A stretch of DNA of 64,000 bases from an uncultured Elusimicrobia bacterium (lineage in GTDB: Bacteria; Elusimicrobiota; Endomicrobiia; DTEH01), in the NCBI GenBank assembly GCA_964561135.1, contig CAZLOB010000022.1:5718-69717 (forward strand), given 5' to 3'. Under the pieces are notes generated by a model, which saw only the letters and a program-made list of their open reading frames with translations, was not told where the DNA came from and did not search any database. Of the stretch, positions 21,690 to 31,590 are shown piece by piece. Every line of letters starts with the position of its first letter. The first letter of the stretch is position 1. A program made the translations under genes and the position numbers.

Positions 21690-23411
21690 ATGAAAAAGAA
21701 AGTTGTTAAGACAGGTGCTGAAATTTTTGTTGAAACCTTAGAAAAAGAAGGTGTAGAAATAATGTTTGGTATTCCAGGTGGTGCAGTGTTACCTATTTTT
21801 GACAGGTTATACGATTCAAAAAAAATAAAATTTGTATTAACTCGGCATGAACAAGCTGCTGCACACATGGCAGACGGGTACGCACGTGCTACTGGCAAAG
21901 TAGGTGTATGTATTGCTACTTCTGGACCTGGTGCTACAAATCTTACCACAGGTATTGCTACTGCATATATGGATTCTGTACCAATAGTAGCGTTTACAGG
22001 GCAAGTTGCGACACATCTTATTGGGAATGATGCGTTCCAAGAAGCGGATACAACCGGTATCACAAGACCTATAACAAAACATAATTATTTAGTAAAAGAT
22101 GTGAAAGAATTAGCAAGAACTATAAGAGAAGCATTTTATATTGCATCTACAGGACGGCCCGGACCTGTGTTAATCGACTTACCTGTAGATGTACAACGTG
22201 CAACAACTGAATTTATTTGGCCAACAGAAATTGAAATACCATCATATAAACCAACTTACAAAGGTCATCCTCTACAAATAAAAAAGCTTGCAGAAGCAAT
22301 TAATTCTGCAAAAAGGCCTGTATTGTATGTAGGAGGTGGTGTTGTAATTTCTAACGCTTGTGATGAACTAAAACGTCTTGCTGAACTGTGTCAAATACCT
22401 GTTACTACAACACTTATGGCTATTGGCAGTTTTCCACCAAACCATGAACTTTATTTAGGTATGCTTGGTATGCACGGTACTGTATATGCAAATTTAAGTA
22501 TGCAAAATGCTGACCTAATTATTGCTGTGGGTGCAAGGTTTGATGATAGATGTACAGGTAAACTTGCTGCATTTGCTCCTAAAGCAAATCATATTGCACA
22601 TGTTGATATTGACCCTACAAGTATTTCTAAAAATGTTGTAGCTGATATTCCCGTTGTAGGTGATTGTAAGACAGTACTACAAGACTTGTTAAAGCTTGTA
22701 AAACCTAAAAAACATACTGAATGGTTAAAGCAAATTGAAGAATGGAAAAAGAAATATCCTTTAACTTATAAAAACGACGAAAAATTAAGACCACAATATA
22801 TAATTGAAGAAATTTCAAAATTAACAAAAGGTGATGCAATCCTTGTAACAGAAGTAGGTCAACACCAGATGTGGTCTGCACAATATTATAAACCAAACGG
22901 GCCAAGAAAATTTTTGTCATCAGGTGGGTTAGGGACCATGGGTTTTGGATTCCCAGCAGGTATTGGAGCAAAGTTTGGTAAACCTGATCAAACAGTTATA
23001 GTTATTGCAGGCGATGGTTCGTTCCAAATGAACATACAAGAATTATCCACTGCCGTGGTTAACAAAATTAATATTATTGTTTGTATAATGAACAATGGAT
23101 ATTTAGGTATGGTTCGTCAATGGCAAGAATTGTTTTATAACAAAAGATATTCACAAATATATTTATGTACAAGGAAGTCAGGCAAACTAACCTGCGAACC
23201 AATACCTGATTTTGTAGAAGTTGCAAAAGCGTATAAAGCTGAAGGATTTAGAGTAACTAAAAAAGAAGAAGTTGTGCCAACATTAAAAAAAGCTTTTGAA
23301 ATAAAAGATAAACCTGTGATAATCGATTTTTGGATTGAACCAGAAGAAAATGTATTCCCTATGGTTCCTGCAGGCGCGTCATTAGATGAAGTTATTACAA
23401 GCCTAGCATAA
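21690..23411 (+). CDS. ilvB: Acetolactate synthase large subunit (ThDP-dependent)
   Basis: ThDP-enzyme motifs are present: GIPGGA, the ThDP-binding motif GDGSFQMN and the MLGMHGT region. Length is 573 aa. Confidence 0.85.
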   Translation: MKKKVVKTGAEIFVETLEKEGVEIMFGIPGGAVLPIFDRLYDSKKIKFVLTRHEQAAAHMADGYARATGKVGVCIATSGPGATNLTTGIATAYMDSVPIVAFTGQVATHLIGNDAFQEADTTGITRPITKHNYLVKDVKELARTIREAFYIASTGRPGPVLIDLPVDVQRATTEFIWPTEIEIPSYKPTYKGHPLQIKKLAEAINSAKRPVLYVGGGVVISNACDELKRLAELCQIPVTTTLMAIGSFPPNHELYLGMLGMHGTVYANLSMQNADLIIAVGARFDDRCTGKLAAFAPKANHIAHVDIDPTSISKNVVADIPVVGDCKTVLQDLLKLVKPKKHTEWLKQIEEWKKKYPLTYKNDEKLRPQYIIEEISKLTKGDAILVTEVGQHQMWSAQYYKPNGPRKFLSSGGLGTMGFGFPAGIGAKFGKPDQTVIVIAGDGSFQMNIQELSTAVVNKINIIVCIMNNGYLGMVRQWQELFYNKRYSQIYLCTRKSGKLTCEPIPDFVEVAKAYKAEGFRVTKKEEVVPTLKKAFEIKDKPVIIDFWIEPEENVFPMVPAGASLDEVITSLA

Positions 23412-23423
23412 AAAGGAGGTTAA

Positions 23424-24374
23424 ATGTACACAAATCTTATTGATGGTAACAAAATTGCCCAAAGGATAAAAGATGAAATTGTTCAACAATTGAACGAAAT
23501 AAAAACAAAATTTTCTTTAATACCAAAAGTTGTTTCAATTATTGTTGGTGAAAACCCTGCTACAAAAGTATATGTAAACACACAATGTAAAATTTGTCAA
23601 GAACTCGGTATTAATATTGAAATATTATCGTTACAGTCAGATATAACTGAGAAAGAACTTGAACAAAGAATTGAAGAACTTAACAACGATAAAAATGTTA
23701 ATGCTATAATGCTTAATTTGCCACTTCCACAACATCTAAATCCAAGAAAATTACAAAACAAAATTTCGTCATCAAAAGATATTGAAGGAGTTACTGCAGA
23801 AAATTTAGGTAAACTTTTTTATGCAGAAACGCCTCCTGTCGTTGCACCATGTACAGCATTAGCTGTTATAGAATGTTTAAAAGAGACAAAAATTGAGCTT
23901 AAAGGTAAAGAAGTTGTTATTGTTGGACATTCAGAAATTGTTGGAAAACCAGTACTTATTTTGCTTCTTTCATCACTTTTTAACTCACCAACACCTACTG
24001 TCTGCCATATCGCAACAAAAAATCTTGCTGAACACACAAAAAATGCTGATGTTTTAATTGTAGCTGTTGGGAAGCCTAACTTGATTACTGCAGACATGGT
24101 AAAAGAAGGTGTGGTTGTAATAGATGTTGGTATAAATAAAGTAAAAATCTTGGATGAAAACGGTAAAGAAGTTATTGATGAAAAAACTGGAAAACCAAAA
24201 ACAAAAATTGTTGGTGATGTAGATTTTGAAAATGTATCAAAAAAGGCTTTGTTTATAACACCTGTACCTGGTGGTGTCGGTCCTGTAACTTCTTGTATTT
24301 TAGTAAAAAATTTAGTAAATTTAATAAAATTACAACTTGGATTACCTGTAGAAGGATACAAAATTTTTAATTAA
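23424..24374 (+). CDS. folD: Bifunctional methylenetetrahydrofolate dehydrogenase / methenyl-THF cyclohydrolase
   Basis: FolD motifs include the catalytic-lysine region KDIEG, GHSEIVGKP and TPVPGGVGP. It carries a ~20-aa insertion relative to the ~285-aa norm. Confidence 0.85.
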   Translation: MYTNLIDGNKIAQRIKDEIVQQLNEIKTKFSLIPKVVSIIVGENPATKVYVNTQCKICQELGINIEILSLQSDITEKELEQRIEELNNDKNVNAIMLNLPLPQHLNPRKLQNKISSSKDIEGVTAENLGKLFYAETPPVVAPCTALAVIECLKETKIELKGKEVVIVGHSEIVGKPVLILLLSSLFNSPTPTVCHIATKNLAEHTKNADVLIVAVGKPNLITADMVKEGVVVIDVGINKVKILDENGKEVIDEKTGKPKTKIVGDVDFENVSKKALFITPVPGGVGPVTSCILVKNLVNLIKLQLGLPVEGYKIFN

Positions 24375-24396
24375 ACTTGTAAACTTATAAAAAGCT

Positions 24397-25353
24397 ATGA
24401 ACTATGAACCTTATGTAGAAAAATGGTCTGCTGAAATAATTGAAGTTACAATAGGTGCAACAAGTCAGGATGGTGGTACAAGAAGTAAAGTTTTAAAAGT
24501 AGGTGGAGCAAAAACTTTACCTTTTTTAAATTTTGAAGGTGGTTCATCTAACAAACCGGCTGTCGTAGCTGAAGTTGTTGATTATTTACCTGAAGAGCTT
24601 TGGCCAATTTTCTATGAGAACTTAAAAGATATTGTATCTGATCCAATAAAATGGATAAAAGAAGTTGAAAAATTACAGCCTGATGCAATATGTATAAGAT
24701 TGTTATCATGCCATCCTGATATAAAAAACAATTCAGTTGATTATATTAAATCTTTTATACCTGAAGTTTTAAAAACAACTTCTTTACCACTTATAATTCT
24801 AGGTTGTGAACATATAGAACGTGATACAGAAATACTACCTGTTGTATGCGAACTTACAAAAGGGGAAAAAATTCTTGTAGGTATGGCAGTAAAAGAAAAC
24901 TATAAAACAATATCTTTATCAGCGTTTGCTTGTGGACATTCAGTAATTGCTCAAACACCACTTGATATAAATTTGGCTAAACAACTTAATATTTTAATAA
25001 ATGATGCTGGTGTCCCTCTCGACAGAATTGTTATGCATCATACAACTGGTGGGTTAGGCTATGGGTTTGAATATTGTTATTCTATTATGGAACGTTGTAG
25101 ACTTGCTGGCTTACAAGGTGATAGTGTAATGGCTACACCTATTATAAACCTTGTTGGAGAAGAAACTTGGAAAACAAAAGAAGCTAAAGCTACAGTTGAA
25201 GAAGAACCTCTCTGGGGAAATGATACAATAAAAAGGGGAATTATGTGGGAAACAACTACTGCGTTTGGTTACCTTCAAGCAGGAAGTGATATAGTTGTAT
25301 TAGTTCATCCTGAAAGTATTAAAAATGTGAAATCTTTTTTAAGTCAAACATAA
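24397..25353 (+). CDS. acsD: CO dehydrogenase/acetyl-CoA synthase delta subunit-like (corrinoid Fe-S protein small subunit, AcsD/CdhD family)
   Basis: The N-terminus VTIGATSQDGGTRSKVLKVGG..LPFLNFEG resembles what I recall of AcsD. It is a ~320-aa TIM-barrel-sized protein, and no acsC partner is adjacent. Confidence 0.5.
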   Translation: MNYEPYVEKWSAEIIEVTIGATSQDGGTRSKVLKVGGAKTLPFLNFEGGSSNKPAVVAEVVDYLPEELWPIFYENLKDIVSDPIKWIKEVEKLQPDAICIRLLSCHPDIKNNSVDYIKSFIPEVLKTTSLPLIILGCEHIERDTEILPVVCELTKGEKILVGMAVKENYKTISLSAFACGHSVIAQTPLDINLAKQLNILINDAGVPLDRIVMHHTTGGLGYGFEYCYSIMERCRLAGLQGDSVMATPIINLVGEETWKTKEAKATVEEEPLWGNDTIKRGIMWETTTAFGYLQAGSDIVVLVHPESIKNVKSFLSQT

Positions 25354-25381
25354 TAATAAAATCTCTTCTTTTCTAAACTTT

Positions 25382-26041
25382 ATGATAGATAAAAAATTTA
25401 TAAAGGGCATAATAGAAACACTAATTTTTATCGCAGATAAACCGTTAAGTATATCAAAGATTGTAGAACTTATCAACGAGCCCGAAGTTGATGAATCTGT
25501 CGTTAAAGAATTAATAACTGATTTGCAAACAGAATATATAAACCGTTCTGCAATAGAAATAAGAGAAGTTGCTGGTGGCTACCAGATGGCTACAAAACCT
25601 GAATTCTCAGAATATGTAAGAAGGTTATATCAAGATAGGACATTGTTAAGACTATCTCCTGCTGCTGTTGAAACATTAGCAATCATCGCTTATAAACAAC
25701 CTATAACAAAAGCAGAAATAGAAGAAATACGCGGTGTTGATTGTACAACTGTGTTAGAAACACTTCTTCAACGTAGACTTATAAAAATTGTTGGTAGAAA
25801 AGAAGTTGTTGGTAAACCGTTATTGTACGGTACGACACAAGAATTTTTAAAATATTTTGGGATAAACTCACTTAATGATCTACCACCTATTGAACAATTT
25901 GTTGAACAAGCAACACAAGAACAACTTCCAACTCAAGAAAATGTAGAAACTGTAGGTACAGAACCTACAATATCAATTTCGACAAGCGAAGTAACTGTTG
26001 ACCAAACGACATCTGCCCAAAATGATAAACAGCAAGAATAA
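25382..26041 (+). CDS. scpB: Segregation and condensation protein B
   Basis: The tandem winged-helix ScpB pattern is present (IEALIFIADKPLS ..., ITKAEIEEIRGVD) with an acidic C-terminal tail. Confidence 0.75.
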   Translation: MIDKKFIKGIIETLIFIADKPLSISKIVELINEPEVDESVVKELITDLQTEYINRSAIEIREVAGGYQMATKPEFSEYVRRLYQDRTLLRLSPAAVETLAIIAYKQPITKAEIEEIRGVDCTTVLETLLQRRLIKIVGRKEVVGKPLLYGTTQEFLKYFGINSLNDLPPIEQFVEQATQEQLPTQENVETVGTEPTISISTSEVTVDQTTSAQNDKQQE

Positions 26042-26981
26042 TTTAGGTATTTCAACTATTTACTTTTATAAAGAAATCGTTAAAAGAAGCATTAATTGGC
26101 AACAAATTAAAGAGAAATTGTACCAACTTGGTTTATCCGCTGTAGAACTTAACGCTGATGTACCTATTGAATGGTTTAAAGAAATACAAAAAGATGTAAA
26201 TGAAGGCGAAATAAGAATTCTTTCTTTACACAATTTTTGTCCTTCAGTAGAAAATATTCCTAAAGGAAAGTATGGTTTTAATGCATTTTCTTTAACATCT
26301 ACTGATGAAGAAGAACATAAACTTGCAATAAAGTATACATTAAGAACTATTGATTATGCACAAATTGTTAACAGTAATATCGTAGTAGTACATTTAGGCG
26401 AAATTGTGACACAACCTTCTTCAGACGAAGTATACAAAATTGCTAAAGAATTTGGACCCACTTCAGAAATTTATCAAAAATATAAACAATCACTAATATC
26501 CTCTCGGTTACAAAACAAACAAAAATATTTTGATTTGTTAAAAAAAACAATTGATATAATTCTACCTTATGCAGAAAGTAAAAAAGTTAGTATTTGTATA
26601 GAAACACGGTTTTTCCCTAACGAAATACCTAATTTTGAAGAGTTTGCTGAAATTTTTGAATGTTATAAAAATGATTATTTACGCTACTGGCACGATTTTG
26701 GACATGTAGAGATACAAACAATTTTTGATTTTGAAAAAGGACATAAAATATTTTTTGATACATATGGAAACTACTTATCTGGGTATCATATACATGGGGT
26801 AAAAAATTTTGTCGACCATTTTGTTCCATTACCAGAAACACAACCCGATTATAAAAAATTGTTAAACTATCAAGAAAACAAGATATATGTATTAGAAGTA
26901 CATCCAAAAGAAAGTTTTGATAATCTAATTAAAGGAGTAAAATATATAAAATCGTTACTTAACGGAGGACGAAATGCGTGA
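26022..26981 (+). CDS. Sugar phosphate isomerase/epimerase family protein (xylose isomerase-like TIM barrel)
   Basis: TIM-barrel AP-endonuclease-2/xylose-isomerase-like fold signatures are VVHLG, CIETR and WHDFGH. The start is chosen at the first ATG (26022) and overlaps the scpB end. Confidence 0.55.
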   Translation: MINSKNNLGISTIYFYKEIVKRSINWQQIKEKLYQLGLSAVELNADVPIEWFKEIQKDVNEGEIRILSLHNFCPSVENIPKGKYGFNAFSLTSTDEEEHKLAIKYTLRTIDYAQIVNSNIVVVHLGEIVTQPSSDEVYKIAKEFGPTSEIYQKYKQSLISSRLQNKQKYFDLLKKTIDIILPYAESKKVSICIETRFFPNEIPNFEEFAEIFECYKNDYLRYWHDFGHVEIQTIFDFEKGHKIFFDTYGNYLSGYHIHGVKNFVDHFVPLPETQPDYKKLLNYQENKIYVLEVHPKESFDNLIKGVKYIKSLLNGGRNA

Positions 26982-27969
26982 ATTTCGTCGCGATCTTATA
27001 ACAGGTAGGTGGATAATAATATCCACAGAACGAGCAAAACGACCATTCGCTTTTGTTAAATACCCACGTGAAATTGACGATGTTGATACATGTCCATTTT
27101 GTTCGGGCAACGAAAAATTTACACCGCCGGAAATTGTTGCCTATAGACCACAAAATACGCAAAAAGATACTCCTGGGTGGCAAGTAAGAACCATACCAAA
27201 CAAGTATCCAGCATTACGTGTTGAAGGTGAAGTTATAAAATCTGCCTGTGGTATATACGATTGTATTACAGGTATAGGAGCTCATGAAGTTATTATAGAA
27301 ACGCCACACCATGATAAGGATATCTACCAACTTGAACTAAACAATATTATTGATATTTTTAGAATGTATAAAGAGAGGATTGAAGATCTTAAACGTGATA
27401 TAAGATTTGAATATATATTAGTATTTAAAAACTGTGGAAAAAATGCTGGTGCTACACTATCACACCCTCATTCACAACTTATTGCATTACCTATGATACC
27501 AATAATAATCCAACAAGAACTTGAAGGTGCCAAAAAATATTATGAATTTAAAGAACGATGTGTGTATTGTGACATAATTAACGAAGAATTAAAAACTAAC
27601 TTGCGTGTTGTAACAGAAAATGATGATTTTATAGCAATATGTCCGTATGCAAGTAGATTTCCGTTTGAAGTTTGGATTTTACCAAAACGACATGACCCTA
27701 TGTACGAAGATATACATTATAACGAACTTAAAAATTTAGCTTCTATTATGAAAATTATTAATAGGAAATTAAATCTAGCTTTAGAAAATCCACCGTATAA
27801 CTATTTACTTCACACTTCTCCTTTGAAACATTCTAATTTACATCATTATCATTGGCATATAGAAATTATTCCAATACTGACAGGAATAGGCGGATTTGAA
27901 TGGGGGACAGGGTTTTATATTAATCCTGTTGAACCAGAAGAAGCAACAAAGTTTCTACAACAAACATGA
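26974..27969 (+). CDS. Galactose-1-phosphate uridylyltransferase-like HIT-family nucleotidyltransferase (GalT class I)
   Basis: It has the zinc-site CPFCSGNE and an HxHxQ active-site motif (SHPHSQ). Length is 331 aa. Confidence 0.7.
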   Translation: MREFRRDLITGRWIIISTERAKRPFAFVKYPREIDDVDTCPFCSGNEKFTPPEIVAYRPQNTQKDTPGWQVRTIPNKYPALRVEGEVIKSACGIYDCITGIGAHEVIIETPHHDKDIYQLELNNIIDIFRMYKERIEDLKRDIRFEYILVFKNCGKNAGATLSHPHSQLIALPMIPIIIQQELEGAKKYYEFKERCVYCDIINEELKTNLRVVTENDDFIAICPYASRFPFEVWILPKRHDPMYEDIHYNELKNLASIMKIINRKLNLALENPPYNYLLHTSPLKHSNLHHYHWHIEIIPILTGIGGFEWGTGFYINPVEPEEATKFLQQT

Positions 27970-30149
27970 GCCAAGAAAAAAATCTTATTGACCAACTACT
28001 GAGAACTTTTAAAATGACAATAATAAATATAAAAATTTACCCTATTAACAACCCGTTGATAGAAAAACAGATTTCTGAACTATTTGCTGTTTTAAAACAA
28101 ATTTTGCAAAAAGAAACAATTTTAACAATCTCAGAAATCGATAATAAAATATTTATAAACGACAAAGAGTATTTAGGGAAAGATCCTACATCTATTGCAA
28201 ACATAACTTCTATTACACAATTTTTTTTACAAACAGGGATTAAAAGTATAACTTTTAAAAAAGAAATTGAGTTAGACGAACTTAAAAACTTACTTTTAGC
28301 AATGTCTATCAAAAAACCTAAAGTATCAACCAAAGAAATTGTTAACCAGATAATTAAAGAAAAAAATATAAAAAATATTGCTATTGATGAAATTGAATAT
28401 ATTACAATAACAAAATCTGACCAAACAGCAAAATCAATCTTAAATCTTATTTCACAACCTGTATCAAATTTGTCAGAACTTATCAACATATTAGGAACAA
28501 GTTTTAATGAACTTGATAAAATCAAAGATGAAAAAACTAAAAAAAATCTTACTGACGCTATTGTAAAATACTTGTCATCATTGGATATTAATCTTATAAA
28601 AGAGTTGTTTATTCAACCATTACCACAAAAAATTGAACAAACCGGTATCAAACAATTGTTGTTTAATAAACTAACGAAACAAACTGTTGAAGAAATTTTT
28701 AACGAAATAATATCTTGGTGTAAACAACTAAAATCAAAAGTTGAAAGTGAAACTGAATATATTGAACAACTACAAAATTTGAAAGAGTTTATAAAACTTG
28801 TAATAAACTCGCCTGTAAGTAAACTTGTGCCGATAGAAGTTTTTGAAGAATTGTTTAAAATAGGACTTATTGACGCACTACCTGAATGGATATTAGAACA
28901 AAAAAAAGAAAAAAAATCGTGGATTGCACAACTTGACGAGTTGTTGTCCACTAACGAACCAGTAAAATTGTTACAAGAAAAATTTTTAGATAATTTACAA
29001 GAGAATATAGAAAAGTTATGTTTAATTGGTCTTGACGATAAACTTGATAGATTAGTATATTTAATGACAGAAAATTTTTCAAATCCTATAGTGAAACTTA
29101 GACAACTCGCAGCATCTACTACTGAAAATATTGCGAAACAGTTAACAAAGTTTCAAAAAGGAAAAATTGCAAAAAATCTTGTAAGCAACATTTTAAAATT
29201 TTTAATAAAAGAACAAGATGAAACTGTAGTTAAATTACAAATACAAGCCCTTGAACACTCATTGTGTTGTTTAATAATCAATGATGACTATAAATCGTTT
29301 GTTGAATATTCACAACAATTATTACAATTTGCTGAAGAACTCATAAAAGTTAATCCTGAAAAATCAAAGTTAATTTATTTTTTACTTGATAAAGTTTATC
29401 AACAAACTAAAGATTTTATATTATCAGATTTAGCAGATCCTAAAGACAACCTTAATGAAATTATATGGTTTTTAACTTATGTAGCAGAACAATCTATTGA
29501 TATTTTGTTGTCTGCAATCATGAATACAAACAACATAAATATAACCAATATTTTAGTAAAAGTTCTGTTATCATTAAAAGATCAAAAACAAGTAATAGAT
29601 TCTATTGAACAACTTATTGTGCCTCAAACTCCTGTATATAAACTTAGCAAAATTTTAGAAATACTACCAAAATTTGACTATGATTTTTCTAATTCACTAA
29701 GAAATCTTTATAATTACACAAACTATGCTAACAAAATCGCTATATTAAATTATATCCAAGAAAGACCTACAGAAGAAAACCTACAATGGCTTACATCTTT
29801 ATTAACGATAGAAGACCCTCAAATACTTCAGTATATTATTGACATACTAACATTTTTAGATTACAAACCCGCTGCAGAAAAAATTATTAAATTGTTAAAA
29901 ATGAAAGATATAGATGTTAAAAAACGTGTGTGTATATCTGTTGGTATGCTGAAATATATTGGCGCAATAAAAAAACTTAAAAAAATACTTAAATCAAAAA
30001 AAGAAAATATAGATGTACGTATAGCAGCATGTTGGTCATTAGGTAATTTTATAACTTTACCAGAAGTAAAATCTTATTTACAGAATGTTGCCAAAAAAAT
30101 AAAAGAACCTACAATTTTAAATGTAATACAAGAAATACTAAACAAATAA
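27966..30149 (+). CDS. Large HEAT/ARM-repeat protein (C-terminal PBS-lyase-type HEAT-like repeats); function unknown
   Basis: The 727-aa protein is all-alpha and repetitive. The C-terminus carries E/Z-type HEAT repeats (DVKKRVCISVGMLKYIGA...DVRIAACWSLGNF). Its start overlaps the galT-like stop (ATGA). Confidence 0.55.
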   Translation: MSQEKNLIDQLLRTFKMTIINIKIYPINNPLIEKQISELFAVLKQILQKETILTISEIDNKIFINDKEYLGKDPTSIANITSITQFFLQTGIKSITFKKEIELDELKNLLLAMSIKKPKVSTKEIVNQIIKEKNIKNIAIDEIEYITITKSDQTAKSILNLISQPVSNLSELINILGTSFNELDKIKDEKTKKNLTDAIVKYLSSLDINLIKELFIQPLPQKIEQTGIKQLLFNKLTKQTVEEIFNEIISWCKQLKSKVESETEYIEQLQNLKEFIKLVINSPVSKLVPIEVFEELFKIGLIDALPEWILEQKKEKKSWIAQLDELLSTNEPVKLLQEKFLDNLQENIEKLCLIGLDDKLDRLVYLMTENFSNPIVKLRQLAASTTENIAKQLTKFQKGKIAKNLVSNILKFLIKEQDETVVKLQIQALEHSLCCLIINDDYKSFVEYSQQLLQFAEELIKVNPEKSKLIYFLLDKVYQQTKDFILSDLADPKDNLNEIIWFLTYVAEQSIDILLSAIMNTNNINITNILVKVLLSLKDQKQVIDSIEQLIVPQTPVYKLSKILEILPKFDYDFSNSLRNLYNYTNYANKIAILNYIQERPTEENLQWLTSLLTIEDPQILQYIIDILTFLDYKPAAEKIIKLLKMKDIDVKKRVCISVGMLKYIGAIKKLKKILKSKKENIDVRIAACWSLGNFITLPEVKSYLQNVAKKIKEPTILNVIQEILNK

Positions 30150-30150
30150 A

Positions 30151-30699
30151 ATGTTAAAAATTTTGTTGTTAATTTATATATTTTACAACTACATCTTCTC
30201 TCAACAAAATACCAACTTGATACAAAACAAATTCATTGATTTTGAGCTTCCATCTATATCAACATACAATATAAAACTGTCAGATCTTGTAGGTAAAAAA
30301 CTTATTTTATTAAACTTTTGGACAACATGGTGCCCATATTGTAAACAAGAAATTCCACGTCTTATAACACTCGCTAATAAATATAAAGATAAAAATTTAG
30401 AAATAATTGGAATCAATATTCGTGAACCAGAAAAAATGGTTAAAAAGTTTGCAGAAAATAAACAAATAAATTATACAATTGTATTAGATACAGCAGCAGT
30501 AGTTGCAAAAAAATACAATATCAAAGGAATACCAACAAATTTTATTATAAACAAAGAAGGGAATATAGTTTTTGTAGGGCCCTTACTACCTACCGAAGAA
30601 ATTATAATTAAAAATTTAATTGAGTTTGAGAAAAAAGAAGTAGAAACAAATAAAAAGAGAAAAAAAAGATTAAAGGGAAAAACCAAGATTGTCTATTAA
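30151..30699 (+). CDS. TlpA/ResA-like secreted thiol-disulfide oxidoreductase (thioredoxin fold)
   Basis: An N-terminal signal/anchor precedes the thioredoxin motif WCPYC. A K-rich C-terminal tail follows. Confidence 0.7.
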   Translation: MLKILLLIYIFYNYIFSQQNTNLIQNKFIDFELPSISTYNIKLSDLVGKKLILLNFWTTWCPYCKQEIPRLITLANKYKDKNLEIIGINIREPEKMVKKFAENKQINYTIVLDTAAVVAKKYNIKGIPTNFIINKEGNIVFVGPLLPTEEIIIKNLIEFEKKEVETNKKRKKRLKGKTKIVY

Positions 30700-31590
30700 T
30701 CGTGTAGAACCTAAATACATTGCAACAAAAATTCTTAATTTCTTTCCTTTAGGTATTTTTGAAATTCTGTCATCTATTGGAAACAAATCTTCATCATAAA
30801 CTTCAAAATATTGTATTTTATGTCTTACTCCAACTAATAGATTGCGCAAATATTTTTTTGATACTTCTATACATTTTTTTATACTATCATATCTTCTTTC
30901 AGAGATCAGATCTTTGCAATATAGAAGAGATTTATATATAGAAGATGCTACTTTTCTTTCTATTTTTGTAAGATAAGTGTTCCTACTTGAACACGCAAGA
31001 CCGTCTTCTTCACGAACTGTACCCACAGGAATTATTTCTATATCAAAATTTAAATCTTTAACCATTTGTTGGATTATCTTTAATTGTTGATAGTCTTTTT
31101 CACCAAAATATGCTCTGTGTGGTTTAACAATGTTAAACAATTTTGTCACTACAGTACAAACACCTCTAAAATGTCCGGGCCTGTACTTACCACAAAGAAT
31201 GTCTTGTAGCTTTTCTACTTCTACAAAAGTAAGAATTCTTTTTTCATTATCATCTTTGGACTTTAAACTTTGAACTAACTTTTTACTTACAGGGTACATC
31301 TCATTAACTTCTGGGTAAAAAACATAATCAACATTGTTTTCTCTACAAATTTTTAAATCTTGTTTAATAGGTCTTGGATATTTTTTATAATCTTCTTTAG
31401 GCCCAAATTGTATAGGATTAACAAAAATTGAAACCACAACAACATCATTTTCTCTTTTTGCTTTTTTAATAAGTTCCAAATGCCCTTTATGTAATGCACC
31501 CATTGTTGGAACAAAACCTATTATTTTATTTTGCTTGCGTAAAAAATCAGCAATTTTTTGCATCTGTTTTATTTTTTTTATAACTTTCAT
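30670..31590 (-). CDS. panC: Pantoate--beta-alanine ligase (pantothenate synthetase)
   Basis: PanC motifs are the HxGH-type MGALHKGH, and GEKDYQQ. It overlaps the tlpA-like 3' end convergently by 30 bp. Confidence 0.85.
   Translation of the reverse strand: MKVIKKIKQMQKIADFLRKQNKIIGFVPTMGALHKGHLELIKKAKRENDVVVVSIFVNPIQFGPKEDYKKYPRPIKQDLKICRENNVDYVFYPEVNEMYPVSKKLVQSLKSKDDNEKRILTFVEVEKLQDILCGKYRPGHFRGVCTVVTKLFNIVKPHRAYFGEKDYQQLKIIQQMVKDLNFDIEIIPVGTVREEDGLACSSRNTYLTKIERKVASSIYKSLLYCKDLISERRYDSIKKCIEVSKKYLRNLLVGVRHKIQYFEVYDEDLFPIDDRISKIPKGKKLRIFVAMYLGSTRLIDNLGFSL

Noticed and set aside
21155-22082. Antisense ORFs of 80-139 aa opposite the GT4 and ilvB genes (21155-21574, 21644-22063, 21837-22082)
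   Set aside because: They are low-complexity, S/T/P/N-rich translations with no motifs. They lie fully inside well-supported sense genes and are typical shadow ORFs.
23819-24361. 180-aa minus-strand ORF opposite folD
   Set aside because: It is a shadow ORF entirely within the well-supported folD. It has no RBS or domain signature.
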